Virus record (IMG/VR): IMGVR_UViG_3300043446_002680
Span: 7,950 to 71,949 of that record
Origin: a virus
Length of the DNA: 64,000 nt
Reading direction: 5' to 3' (one strand)
The translations under genes and the position numbers were made by a program. Below the pieces are notes generated by a model. The model was not told the origin of the DNA, made no database searches, and saw nothing but the letters and a program-made list of their open reading frames with translations. This document shows, piece after piece, positions 46,865-56,875 of the stretch (position 1 is the first letter of the stretch; every line of letters starts with the position of its first letter).

Positions 46865-48017
46865 GATTTACCTCTCCTTCAGTTAGACCAAAATGATTAA
46901 ATAATTCTTTATCTGTCCAAGTACGAGTCAAATCCATTTTAGGCAATTCATAAAAACTTTTTCCTCGCATACCACCTGAACTCATTTGAGATTGAATATA
47001 ACGGTACAACGCAGACTCATACAACTTAATAAGATTTTCGCCTTCTTTTTTGTTTTTAACCAAAATATGTCCTGATTGAAACTTGATAGTCCCAATAGGA
47101 TCATCTTTACCGTGATATTTGTAATGTGGATTGCCGCTGAACGTCATAACAACCTTAGGTGAGTCGTAATCGGTTGGCTTCACTGCTCCATACATATGGT
47201 AATTATTGCCTGATGTACGGCGAATAATATAAGGGTGCTTTTCGGTAGGTTGGCTAAACAAATGATCGTCATCTTTGCCATCAGCAACTGATGTATGAAG
47301 ATACTCCGGTGAACTCTTACATTCAAATTTGGTATTAGCAAGTACCTTTTGAAAGATCGGAATACTGCGTAGATCGTTTGGCAATGCTGCTGAGGTAACA
47401 TCTAAACGAATATTGTCATTGATAAACAATGTATCGGTTACCTTTGGAGTTTTTGTAACAGACCAGGCAAAGAAAGAAGAACCAACACCAGGAAAGTAGT
47501 GAGATATTTTTGTCCAAACAGTGTTAGTTTGATTCTTAGTAAAGATGTGACCGAGATCGGCGGCAGCATTAGGGAATTGTGGGGCTACCATAACAAGTAT
47601 TCCATTATCTTTCACCATAGTCCAAGCCTTGGCAACAATCTTCCGCCACAACGAACTTTTACCACCTGTTTCATTTCCATTCTTAAAAGGTGGGTTACCT
47701 ACAATAACATCAAATTTCATACCTTTAAAGTCCTGTGTTAAAAAATCGCAGACTGCATAATTACCTGCAAGCCTGTACTTATTTAACGCAAATTGTACAT
47801 TAAGGCGACTGGCTTCGCAACCATACACTCGCTCTTTAATGTTGACACTGTTATGCCCATTAGCACGAAGCCTGCGTTCAATTTCTCGAACAAACTGGCC
47901 GCCACCAATGGCGGGATCAAAAAAGGTCGTAGTAGAGCTAGTCCACACTTCTGCAGGAAGTTGATCTAGCATTTCATTTACCAAACCTTCGATTTCGAAT
48001 TTAATTCGAGAAAGCAT
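46845..48017 (-). CDS. N6-adenine DNA methyltransferase (gamma/Eco57I-like)
   Basis: FDPAIGGGQF, FDVIVGNPPF. Confidence 0.88.
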   Translation of the reverse strand: MLSRIKFEIEGLVNEMLDQLPAEVWTSSTTTFFDPAIGGGQFVREIERRLRANGHNSVNIKERVYGCEASRLNVQFALNKYRLAGNYAVCDFLTQDFKGMKFDVIVGNPPFKNGNETGGKSSLWRKIVAKAWTMVKDNGILVMVAPQFPNAAADLGHIFTKNQTNTVWTKISHYFPGVGSSFFAWSVTKTPKVTDTLFINDNIRLDVTSAALPNDLRSIPIFQKVLANTKFECKSSPEYLHTSVADGKDDDHLFSQPTEKHPYIIRRTSGNNYHMYGAVKPTDYDSPKVVMTFSGNPHYKYHGKDDPIGTIKFQSGHILVKNKKEGENLIKLYESALYRYIQSQMSSGGMRGKSFYELPKMDLTRTWTDKELFNHFGLTEGEVNLVTGSA

Positions 48018-48045
48018 AGTGCCCCGTATGTCTTACAATACAGTT

Positions 48046-48074
48046 ATGATACCACAAAAACCGATTTATGTCAA
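48046..48074 (-). promoter_or_regulatory. Sigma70-type promoter
   Basis: TTGACA-17-TATCAT. Confidence 0.7.
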
Positions 48075-48075
48075 T

Positions 48076-49332
48076 TTATGCGAATTTGAGATCCAGCAAG
48101 TCGCGATTAATAAAGTTAGTGAGCACCAACTCTTTGATGAGACTGTAGTCCACACCAAACTGATCTGTGACGTCATCTTGGATACCCGTGCCTTCAGCAT
48201 CCATTATAGCAAAGGCTTCTTCGATTGTAGAACCGCCGTAGTAGCGAATGATGTCGATATTTTGGGCAATGGTCACAATCATTTCTCGAGCACGAGCTAG
48301 TTCTTTCTCGCTGGCATCTGTGCGATCTTTGCCCTTGCTTTTCTTAACAGTATTGAGTCTAGTCTTGCCACGTGCAGCAGCTTCTTGTCGTGCGGCTCTA
48401 AACACTTCTACATTACCGCTGGCCAATGCTGTGATTTCCTCACGGCTAAGATCGTTGATCGGAGCGACCTTACCAATCACTCGATCAATACTTTTACGAG
48501 CCAAGGCCTCTTCCAGGTACTCGTCAATCTCTACCTTAACTGCACCGTTGGGTTGACACTTAAAGATGTCAACGGTACGCAACACATCGCGCAAGGCTTG
48601 TTTGAGATCTTTAATGCCGTGATTCTTCTTGTAGTTTTGTGCTGTTTCAATCATCATTGCGTCAAACTTGTCATCACGATTGGGGTCGAAACTCAGACTG
48701 ATAACACGCCCAATCTTACCTGCTTTGTGTGGTGTTAGTGTGCGTGACATCTTTTGAATAGTAGCACCATTGTCACCTGTGTCGTATGCAAGATACAACT
48801 CTGTGATCTGCGGAATGCTGAAGCTACGCTGAGCCATGCCTGCACTCAAGATCAAAACGTGCTGGTTATTCTTTTCTGCCTTTTCAATCGCTTCGCGAAC
48901 TTCACGTTCAGCAGTGGCATTGGTCATGTCTTCCGATCCACTGACCAACACAATTTGGAATCCGCGAAGAGCTTGCTCGGCAATGGGTTTAATTTCCTGC
49001 AAGTTAGCATTGGTAGTAGAACCCGGCAAAAACATCATGGCAACTTTGATGCCTTCTTTGGCCTTGCGTCCAGTTTGATAGTCGACATTTAGGCCGTCGT
49101 CGCCGCCTTTGCCTTCAAAAACTGCCTGTAGCATATTGGTAAAAAATCCTTTGGCTTTAACAGGATTTGCCGCAAACTTTGACCAGCTAGGCAAAAATAC
49201 CCCATCATCGATGAATGCATCGGGCTCTGCGGTGCGAGCAAGTTCAACTACCGAAGCAAGATTCATTTGATAGAACTCAACATCAACATATAGTTGATGA
49301 CGAGCGGGATCTACTTTAAAATACTTCAGCAT
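48076..49332 (-). CDS. Probable C-terminal half of a split SF2 helicase
   Basis: MAQRSFSIP (motif V-like), IQKMSRTLTP (motif VI-like). Confidence 0.7.
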   Translation of the reverse strand: MLKYFKVDPARHQLYVDVEFYQMNLASVVELARTAEPDAFIDDGVFLPSWSKFAANPVKAKGFFTNMLQAVFEGKGGDDGLNVDYQTGRKAKEGIKVAMMFLPGSTTNANLQEIKPIAEQALRGFQIVLVSGSEDMTNATAEREVREAIEKAEKNNQHVLILSAGMAQRSFSIPQITELYLAYDTGDNGATIQKMSRTLTPHKAGKIGRVISLSFDPNRDDKFDAMMIETAQNYKKNHGIKDLKQALRDVLRTVDIFKCQPNGAVKVEIDEYLEEALARKSIDRVIGKVAPINDLSREEITALASGNVEVFRAARQEAAARGKTRLNTVKKSKGKDRTDASEKELARAREMIVTIAQNIDIIRYYGGSTIEEAFAIMDAEGTGIQDDVTDQFGVDYSLIKELVLTNFINRDLLDLKFA

Positions 49333-49364
49333 AACTGTTCCAATTAATATTATAACACACAAAA

Positions 49365-50330
49365 TCAATTTGCATCAATTAAACGAGTTCTATGCTTTTC
49401 GATAAGCAATTCAGGATATGTAACACTAAGGTAGTGGTCTACTGGCCACACGCTTGCGGCTTTGTCTCCGTTAGTGCCTGTCATTAGAATGACAACATCA
49501 TGTTCGCCGCGAGCTTTAATAAGCGGTTGGCTTTGCTTGACTTGATGTACGCCAAAATCTGCTTCATCTATCAATACCAACTTGTTTGGTGTTTGTGCAA
49601 ACAAGAAGTCGATCTTATCTTGACGGCGGCCGCCTGCACACATAGACAGAAATACCACAGTCTGCAACCCTGCTTTAAGCGAGTGCTGTACCTTTTCTTC
49701 CCAATCTTCTTCGCCTGCTTCAATCAGTTCGAGATCTTTAAACTGCTCAAAACTGGTAAGATCGTTCTTAAAACTTGCAAACGATGTCAAGACGTAACTT
49801 GCAACAATTGTCAATTGTGCACGAGTTTCTCGAACTAGCGCACCGCTCCAGATAGTCTTGCCGAAACGAGCACACAGTTCTGCAACAATAGTTCGCTTGC
49901 CTTCTGCGATAGATGCCAAGACATTTTCTGCGGCATCACATTGATTTTGACTGAGCCCTGCTTCAGGCAACTTTTGTCCGTGCTTGATAAGTTCTTTATT
50001 GACACGTTGGATCAAGGTGTCTGCATCAACGCGATGCACGTCAGCACGAACGTGGTAACCAATTTCAGGACGGATAACGTCATCAACTTTTTGGTGTTTG
50101 CCGAAACGTCCTTTTAATTGGGCATAATCTGTTGCATCCCAGAGTTTGTGGATAACAACTCGACCTTCGTCAAACTTGTGTTTTTGTCTGCCCAGTGAAC
50201 CTCGAATATACTTGCGAGTTTCTTCAAATGCTGCTTCGAGCGAGTCTGCCTGGGAAAAGTGGTCACCGAACTTTTGTTCGGCTTCGGGTGCGTCAAGATC
50301 TTCCCAAACATAAACAATTGTATGGCTCAT
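49365..50330 (-). CDS. N-terminal half of a restriction-type SF2 helicase
   Basis: ARFGKT, IDEAD, MTGT. Confidence 0.8.
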   Translation of the reverse strand: MSHTIVYVWEDLDAPEAEQKFGDHFSQADSLEAAFEETRKYIRGSLGRQKHKFDEGRVVIHKLWDATDYAQLKGRFGKHQKVDDVIRPEIGYHVRADVHRVDADTLIQRVNKELIKHGQKLPEAGLSQNQCDAAENVLASIAEGKRTIVAELCARFGKTIWSGALVRETRAQLTIVASYVLTSFASFKNDLTSFEQFKDLELIEAGEEDWEEKVQHSLKAGLQTVVFLSMCAGGRRQDKIDFLFAQTPNKLVLIDEADFGVHQVKQSQPLIKARGEHDVVILMTGTNGDKAASVWPVDHYLSVTYPELLIEKHRTRLIDAN

Positions 50331-50500
50331 TCTTCATCCCCAAAATCTGCGTCAGCGATTTCCTTGGCCCAAAAGGTTCGTGCATCTGCTTCGTTATCAA
50401 AAGATTCTAGTACATTCATACCGCCGAGGGGATGAGCAAACCAAACATGCCATAATTCATCGTCGGCGTCGTAGGTACACAATAATTCAACTGGGTCCAT
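50327..50500 (-). CDS. 57-aa acidic protein (not in ORF track)
   Basis: MDPVELLCTYDADDELW...DADFGDEE; ATGA overlap with the helicase. Confidence 0.7.
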   Translation of the reverse strand: MDPVELLCTYDADDELWHVWFAHPLGGMNVLESFDNEADARTFWAKEIADADFGDEE

Positions 50501-50768
50501 GATGTTTTAGAATATACAGGGTTATTAAGGTATCGTCAAGTCGCACACAGTCATTTGGGTAGCGAGTAGTAATTTTGGCTTCATATACGCTACGCCGTAG
50601 CATATGTACAACTTTGACCATTTTAGGTGTTAGATCAACAATCTTGCCAACTTTAAGTTGGTTACGGCCTAGACCAGAACTACTGGGATAGGCTACAAAA
50701 TCATTGACTTTGAGTTCCTGCCCGAGCACGTCGTAGTGAATGGTGTCGGCTTTGCGCTTTGAGGTCAT
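50487..50768 (-). CDS. Small SH3/KOW-like hypothetical protein
   Basis: DVLGQELKVNDFVAY...GKIVDLTPKMVKV. Confidence 0.7.
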   Translation of the reverse strand: MTSKRKADTIHYDVLGQELKVNDFVAYPSSSGLGRNQLKVGKIVDLTPKMVKVVHMLRRSVYEAKITTRYPNDCVRLDDTLITLYILKHHGPS

Positions 50769-50901
50769 AGTAAAATTTCGGTAGTTCAGATCTGGTTAAT
50801 AAAAATGACCTAGTGTTTCTAACATCAGTGGGCACAGTGGGATACTGAGGCAGCACACCGCCCATGGCACCCGACACTGAGAAATCATCGAAGTTGGCCA
50901 T
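50701..50901 (-). CDS. Hypothetical protein
   Basis: TAATG coupling, but 68-bp overlap with the next gene. Confidence 0.4.
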   Translation of the reverse strand: MANFDDFSVSGAMGGVLPQYPTVPTDVRNTRSFLLTRSELPKFYYDLKAQSRHHSLRRARAGTQSQ

Positions 50902-51116
50902 TATTCGGGTTTCTGCAGAGCTGTTAGTATAGCCAAGGCTTGTGGGCTGAGCCGTAGTTTGGCCGCAGGTTCCACATGAATTGGACTGCTGATGTCTCTA
51001 TAGCTACGGTTGGTGGGGCGCCCACCAACACTGTTAACCAAAATGTCAGTGGCACGTACAGGATAAACATGACCCAGACTGGGAAAGTCTACATGGAGTG
51101 GGCGTGGTATTAGCAT
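50901..51116 (-). CDS. Hypothetical protein
   Basis: TAAATA box just upstream of ATG. Confidence 0.55.
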   Translation of the reverse strand: MLIPRPLHVDFPSLGHVYPVRATDILVNSVGGRPTNRSYRDISSPIHVEPAAKLRLSPQALAILTALQKPE

Positions 51117-51142
51117 ACAAATATTTATGAAACTACAGGCAG

Positions 51143-51316
51143 TCAGATGTTGTAAAACTGCAACATCTCGCTTTGCTCTGCAAGTTGATCTAGGTAAATC
51201 TCGCGCAGAATGCGGTTAATTTCGTCGAATTCCATGCTGGGATCCAGATCAAATCTAGCCATGTCCAACTCGAATTCGGCAATATCTTCAAGAGTCATAT
51301 AGTCAGGATAGATCAT
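51143..51316 (-). CDS. 57-aa acidic protein (not in ORF track)
   Basis: MIYPDYMTLEDIAEFELD...; AAGG RBS; downstream of promoter 51430-51458. Confidence 0.65.
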   Translation of the reverse strand: MIYPDYMTLEDIAEFELDMARFDLDPSMEFDEINRILREIYLDQLAEQSEMLQFYNI

Positions 51317-51478
51317 TTATAGTGCCTTAAGTAGGGTTACAAGAGTGACTAGAGCAGCAGAACCAGTAATACCAATAACAAAATCACGTAAATCCTGCAC
51401 GACTGCTCCTAGTTATTTACTGTACCGCTAGTATAGCACAGATCAACAACCTGAGCAACCGTAGGGTCAATATTTAAA

Positions 51479-51988
51479 TTAGTGCATAGCCGTTGCCAAA
51501 GTTGTGAAATCCTTAACCAAATAGCAATTTAATTTATTATAATCATTATAACTTTCGCTATAATATCCGCGAATACGTTCTTTTTGTTTGTTTGCGGTCC
51601 CTTTAGTTCCATCGTTTTCTTTTAATCGGTATACATCATGTTTAGGTATGTACATATAATCAATGCGATTAGCATAGGGGTTAAAAATGGTAACTCTTAA
51701 TGACCCAATTTTATTTTCTACACTACCGATAATCAAAACCCGTTGATTATTACCATTATTAGTAACTGTGACTGTTTTACTGTCACTATTCTGCAAATCA
51801 TCAAAATCTCTAAATGGTTCATCAACAAAATTATACCCACCGATACTGGCTAAACAGTGCTCTACTAATTTCTCTACATAAAACATGTCCGAATGAGCCA
51901 TACCATATGCTGCTAATTCGGAGTTTTTGTTAAACAAGGGATGATAAGGAATAATGATGTCACGCATAAACATTTGATTCTTGGTCAC
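51479..51988 (-). CDS. AT-rich hypothetical protein, possible PD-(D/E)XK nuclease
   Basis: AGGAG RBS; E...RDF...SDSK. Confidence 0.65.
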   Translation of the reverse strand: MTKNQMFMRDIIIPYHPLFNKNSELAAYGMAHSDMFYVEKLVEHCLASIGGYNFVDEPFRDFDDLQNSDSKTVTVTNNGNNQRVLIIGSVENKIGSLRVTIFNPYANRIDYMYIPKHDVYRLKENDGTKGTANKQKERIRGYYSESYNDYNKLNCYLVKDFTTLATAMH

Positions 51989-52044
51989 AATAAAACTCCT
52001 AGGGGTTGGTTGAACTCATATACTATGACACTACTGCAAAATTG

Positions 52045-53184
52045 TCAACCAATTGGAAAAGTTTTGGTCATGTAGTCAAGGTTCACCCGCTCTGGATGTG
52101 GCTGATACCACCCGTTGCCTTGATAAACATCCAGAACACTCTGAAAGTATTCTTCATACATGCCAGCCACGTGATCTAGTCCAAAGTTGTTGATGGCCCA
52201 GTCTCTACAGGCCTGCGGGCTGATACGATCAATGTTACGTGCAGCCCAGACAAACTGTTCAAAGGTTCTGCAACGATAACCAGTGACACCATGTATGTTG
52301 TTTTCAGTAAAACTGCCCCAGTCAGTGCTGATAGTGGGCGTACCCGACATCAGCATTTCGATCTGTACTCCACCAAATGGTTCCACATACATACTGGGCA
52401 CAAAGGCAGCACGAGCTCGACTCATTAATTGTCTACGTGTTTCTATGTCGGCGTAGCCCACAAACTCCACATGATCGGGCACAGTCTTGTAGCCCATTTC
52501 TTCTAAACTGCCTTGTCCGGCTATCTTGAGTCGGGCGCCGATAGCTTCGGTGGTTTGTATGGCCACATTGACACCTTTGCCTTCGTAGACACGACCCACA
52601 AACAAGAAGTAGTCTTCCTTGGTTTCTGGAGCATAGGTAAAATCTGCAGGATCGAAGTAGTTGGGTATGACCACGTCATACCAATCTTGTTTACATGAAC
52701 CCACTGCTGTGAGTCCATAGTAGGCATGATAGATCGCATAGCTTTCGAAAATCTTAAAACGTGCAAAGTGTCCACCGGCGTAGCCGATACCGGGCTCAAC
52801 CACAATCATGTCGGCATGTGCGTCACAGATGGGTTTGTGACCATAACCCCAGAATGGCAGCAAGAAATCATGTGTGCGTTTGCGCTGGCCAATCTCACGT
52901 ATGGCATTGGCATAAAAAGTCTGGTAAGCATGGTCGTTGACATCAAACTTAAAAAAGTTACGACGCCAATCATAGTTACCATAGGCACGTTCTAGATCCT
53001 CATTGGCAATGACCGTAACATGTTCGTCACAGTCAACATCTGAGTCAGGATGACCATAGTGTATGATCTCATGACCACGTGCTCGCATCATACGACCAAA
53101 TTTCCAGACCTTTTGTGTGTAAGCACAGGCATTGTAGGCCCGGTTGGTAACTGTATGAGGTAATCCTAGTATATGAAATCTCAT
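52045..53184 (-). CDS. GT4 (GT-B) glycosyltransferase
   Basis: [18 protein letters not shown]. Confidence 0.9.
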   Translation of the reverse strand: MRFHILGLPHTVTNRAYNACAYTQKVWKFGRMMRARGHEIIHYGHPDSDVDCDEHVTVIANEDLERAYGNYDWRRNFFKFDVNDHAYQTFYANAIREIGQRKRTHDFLLPFWGYGHKPICDAHADMIVVEPGIGYAGGHFARFKIFESYAIYHAYYGLTAVGSCKQDWYDVVIPNYFDPADFTYAPETKEDYFLFVGRVYEGKGVNVAIQTTEAIGARLKIAGQGSLEEMGYKTVPDHVEFVGYADIETRRQLMSRARAAFVPSMYVEPFGGVQIEMLMSGTPTISTDWGSFTENNIHGVTGYRCRTFEQFVWAARNIDRISPQACRDWAINNFGLDHVAGMYEEYFQSVLDVYQGNGWYQPHPERVNLDYMTKTFPIG

Positions 53185-54033
53185 TTATTCCTCATTTCCT
53201 AGAGTTTTGGTTACAACTTTCGTTACCATATTTAGATTTTCCTTTTTTTTCTTATTCCACCATGACACGCACTGCTGTCGTTTACGTTCTAGTTGGCTTG
53301 GGTTTAGCATTAATGCAATTAGTTTTTCTGCTAATTCTTGCCAACTGTGAATTATTACCGCCGGAAAGTCATCACCATATTGTATTTTCCAATGATCGTT
53401 AACTTGAACTACAGGAATAGCACCTGCTTCCATAGCTTCAGTTATTCTAAAACTATCTGGTATTAGAGCACCATCGGGACATAAAACAAATATGCTGTCC
53501 CTGAAAATTCTACTGTATTCTTCCACACTAAGTCTAGGACCGTGACGGTTAACTACGTATAAAAAACCATTAGGGATCGGATCTGCCTGCTGCACCATGA
53601 TTTGTCTATTATGATCCCAACGATGGATTATGGTGCTCCACATATATTTTCTATCTAGTATGCTCGGATTGTGCGTATGGACTGTAAATTTTGTGTTATA
53701 ACCTAATAGTATATTATAGCAATTATCCGGGGTACCTGGTCTTATATAATTTCTTAAAACGAATTGACACCCGGCATAACTAGAAATATCATCTGATCTT
53801 GACTCGTCACTTAAGTGTATAAGTCCGTATTTAAGCCCTCGACGATGCATTTCATCCATATAAACATTATGGTAAGGTGCCCATGGTAGGCTATCGATTA
53901 TAACACTACGATCTATAAACTCTAAATGGTCGATGTTGTCTATGGTTTTGTGAGGAATATTCTGGAATAGATATTCAATCCAATCTTCCTCCCAACAACG
54001 ATCTCTATTCCAAACTAAGGTAATGGGTTTCAT
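53185..54033 (-). CDS. Exostosin/GT47-like glycosyltransferase
   Basis: SIFVLCPDG...DSFRITEAMEAGAIPV. Confidence 0.75.
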   Translation of the reverse strand: MKPITLVWNRDRCWEEDWIEYLFQNIPHKTIDNIDHLEFIDRSVIIDSLPWAPYHNVYMDEMHRRGLKYGLIHLSDESRSDDISSYAGCQFVLRNYIRPGTPDNCYNILLGYNTKFTVHTHNPSILDRKYMWSTIIHRWDHNRQIMVQQADPIPNGFLYVVNRHGPRLSVEEYSRIFRDSIFVLCPDGALIPDSFRITEAMEAGAIPVVQVNDHWKIQYGDDFPAVIIHSWQELAEKLIALMLNPSQLERKRQQCVSWWNKKKKENLNMVTKVVTKTLGNEE

Positions 54034-54036
54034 AAA

Positions 54037-54780
54037 TCAAATTCCTAAATTAAAGTAATCTTCTACTATATTGTATGAGTACCCATGCACAAAGTCTGTG
54101 CCATTAAAATCATGACTAAATTCTTTTTCGATAAGCGAACGCCAATCTCGATCATTTTTGTGTCCCCATGACGCAGTTTTAATCAGCATTTCTTGTTTGG
54201 TTCTAGCCCAACTGAAATGATGAAAGAATGCACCGTGTGGCCCAGTAACTGCTTCAATATAGTTGGGATTATTCCAAGCAAATCCCCACCGTTCACCATC
54301 CGTAAAATAATGCTGTTTGCTGAATCGTGTTTTGTTGATTAGCATTGGTGACGACTCAGTGGTTGTAGCTTGATATCGAGCACTTCTAAAATACCAATAA
54401 CAACTAAAACTCATGGCATGAATATCTGGCATGTCAGGATGACGCAAAATGTCTTTAACAATTGCGCCCTCGGCAATTTCGTCAGCATCTAAGAATAATA
54501 TGGTATTGTGTTTAGTATATTTTTGCGCTTGCCACCGAGCTGTGTTATGATGGTGCCGAGGGCCTTGTCTGCTGTCATAAGGTAATACCATTATGCGAAC
54601 TCTGGTTGGATCAACAGCTCTAATGGCATCTAGTGCTGCTAGGTCTTCAATGTCCCCGTTGAGCAACCGATCAAAACTAACTACTATGATATCATCAGAA
54701 AACTTTAAACATTCTTTTATATTAACTACTATAAATCGTTGATCCAAACTGCAATAACTAATCAATGTACTGATATTCAT
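54037..54780 (-). CDS. GT2-like (GT-A) glycosyltransferase
   Basis: LFLDADE, HHFSW. Confidence 0.75.
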   Translation of the reverse strand: MNISTLISYCSLDQRFIVVNIKECLKFSDDIIVVSFDRLLNGDIEDLAALDAIRAVDPTRVRIMVLPYDSRQGPRHHHNTARWQAQKYTKHNTILFLDADEIAEGAIVKDILRHPDMPDIHAMSFSCYWYFRSARYQATTTESSPMLINKTRFSKQHYFTDGERWGFAWNNPNYIEAVTGPHGAFFHHFSWARTKQEMLIKTASWGHKNDRDWRSLIEKEFSHDFNGTDFVHGYSYNIVEDYFNLGI

Positions 54781-54782
54781 GC

Positions 54783-55421
54783 TTACCGAGTCCAGAATAA
54801 CTGTACATAGGCTTGTTGGCTGGTCTGTGCCGGGAAACAATTGATGTCTTTTTGCACATAAAATGCATTTACACCATTTTGATCGCAGTAAACAAGATCA
54901 TAACCTAAATTATTGGCTTGCTTGGTCATCGACAGTAAGCTAGCACCAAATAGTCTATCACCTCTCCATCGATAGCTATCATTTCGTGGCATAATATATT
55001 CTGTGTCCCCATCGTAGCTGCCATTGTATTCCATAATAACTACTCTAGGACGATAATCTTTTAATGATTGTCTAAGATGATAATCATTGCCATCGACGTC
55101 AATGGATAACAAATCAAATTCATTCGGAACTTCGAGTTCTTTAAAAACTGAACAAATATTGTCGGGGGTGAGTAGAACTTGCCGAAATATACAATTTGTG
55201 GGTGTTTGAACAATTGGTTCACTGTCTAGCCAAAAAGTTTTCCATCCTTGCATGGCCAAATTTAGTGTATTACTTTCGGCCCCAGCTAAACCACTTTGAC
55301 TATTCGCAGATACACCGAATTCCACTGCAACTCGATTAGTAGTGCCAATTTTTTCAAATATGTGGTCGACGATTCCATCTTCCCCCTGCTGCGAATATAT
55401 CTTTTTTTCAAATTCTTTCAT
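54783..55421 (-). CDS. FkbM-like SAM-dependent methyltransferase
   Basis: SQQGEDG, VEFG, DLLSIDVDGND. Confidence 0.75.
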   Translation of the reverse strand: MKEFEKKIYSQQGEDGIVDHIFEKIGTTNRVAVEFGVSANSQSGLAGAESNTLNLAMQGWKTFWLDSEPIVQTPTNCIFRQVLLTPDNICSVFKELEVPNEFDLLSIDVDGNDYHLRQSLKDYRPRVVIMEYNGSYDGDTEYIMPRNDSYRWRGDRLFGASLLSMTKQANNLGYDLVYCDQNGVNAFYVQKDINCFPAQTSQQAYVQLFWTR

Positions 55422-55427
55422 GTCAGT

Positions 55428-56414
55428 TTACTCATTTTGTAATAATTTTTGTACTCTATTAAGGTCAGCTTTAATCATTGAATCAACTAATTGAGTAAAA
55501 CTGGTTTTTGGGGACCATCCAAGGACCAGTCTGGCCTTAGAATTATCACCAAATAAACTGCTGATTTCCGCAGGACGTTTAAATCTAGGATCAATATTGA
55601 TGTACTTTTCCCAATCATCGATACCCACTGCGGCAAAGCTAAGGTTTAAAAATTCTTTAATAGTATGTTTTTCTCCTGAGGAAATCACAAATTCTTCAGG
55701 AACAGCATGTTGTAGCATCATCCACATGGCCTCGACATAGTCACCTGCGAATCCCCAATCCCTAGACACATCAAGATTGCCTAATGTGATCTTATCTTTT
55801 AAACCTAATTTAATTCTAGCGACTCCGTCGGTAATTTTACGAGTTACAAATTCAATACCTCTCAATGGACTTTCGTGATTAAATAGTATTCCATTGGAAG
55901 CATGAAGTCCATAACTTTCTCTAAAATTAATAGTAATCCAATGAGAGTATAATTTAGAAACCCCATAAGGACTTCTAGGTTTAAACGGTGTAGTTTCATT
56001 TTGAATTGGTGTGTCGCTGTTGCCGTACATTTCACTGGTACTGGCTTGATAAAACCTGGTGACAGGACTATGCACTTTGATTGCATTTAAGATATTTAAA
56101 ACACCAATGGCATTAACCTCGGTGGTTAACTTGTTTAATTCCCAACTAACACCTACGAAACTCTGAGCCGCTAAATTATAAAACTCATCGGGTCGCATTG
56201 ATTTGATCACATGATTGATCGAATTTTCGTCAGTGATGTCCCCAGTGATCAGTTCAACTTGATCGTGTATGTTTAAAAATTTAAGATTCTCTAAGTTTAG
56301 ATTTGAGTATCTTTTAACCAAACCGATCACTCGATAATTTTTTGATAACAAAAACTGAGCAAGGTACGGTCCATCTTGACCAGTGATGCCAGTGATAAAT
56401 GCAGTTTTTTTCAT
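55428..56414 (-). CDS. gmd: GDP-mannose 4,6-dehydratase
   Basis: GITGQDG, NLAAQSFV, QASTSE, SPYGVSK, FNHESP. Confidence 0.95.
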   Translation of the reverse strand: MKKTAFITGITGQDGPYLAQFLLSKNYRVIGLVKRYSNLNLENLKFLNIHDQVELITGDITDENSINHVIKSMRPDEFYNLAAQSFVGVSWELNKLTTEVNAIGVLNILNAIKVHSPVTRFYQASTSEMYGNSDTPIQNETTPFKPRSPYGVSKLYSHWITINFRESYGLHASNGILFNHESPLRGIEFVTRKITDGVARIKLGLKDKITLGNLDVSRDWGFAGDYVEAMWMMLQHAVPEEFVISSGEKHTIKEFLNLSFAAVGIDDWEKYINIDPRFKRPAEISSLFGDNSKARLVLGWSPKTSFTQLVDSMIKADLNRVQKLLQNE

Positions 56415-56875
56415 AATTGTTTTATGGTCTCTAATATATAGGAAATGTTACATTCAGGATGGTGTCTATCCCTATCCAATTGATATCGCACATTAAATTC
56501 TTGATCTAGTCCGTATATTTTACCTAACTTTCGTAATTGATGTGTTGGATCGAAATAACCGAAACTTTCTTCAGTCATGAAATTTTTATGCGTGAAATCG
56601 GTAAAAGCATTCCTGCTTAAATAGTAAGGCGCTGATATGTAAATTTTTCCACCAGGAATTGATATTCGATGTAACTCGGCTACCAATTTAGGGAAGTTCT
56701 CTCTAGAAATATGCTCAATGCAGTGTTGCATTAGAATTTCATCGAATTGATTGTTATCAAAAGGATATGGAAAAATTTCTAGATCATGTTCTAGATCTTT
56801 TTTACATTGACCTATATCAACATTAATGTAACCATCTTTGTAGTCATTTCCGCTGCCAAGATTTAATTTATTCAT
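56411..56875 (-). CDS. Class I SAM-dependent methyltransferase (type 11-like)
   Basis: LNLGSG, INVD, HCIEH. Confidence 0.8.
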   Translation of the reverse strand: MNKLNLGSGNDYKDGYINVDIGQCKKDLEHDLEIFPYPFDNNQFDEILMQHCIEHISRENFPKLVAELHRISIPGGKIYISAPYYLSRNAFTDFTHKNFMTEESFGYFDPTHQLRKLGKIYGLDQEFNVRYQLDRDRHHPECNISYILETIKQL

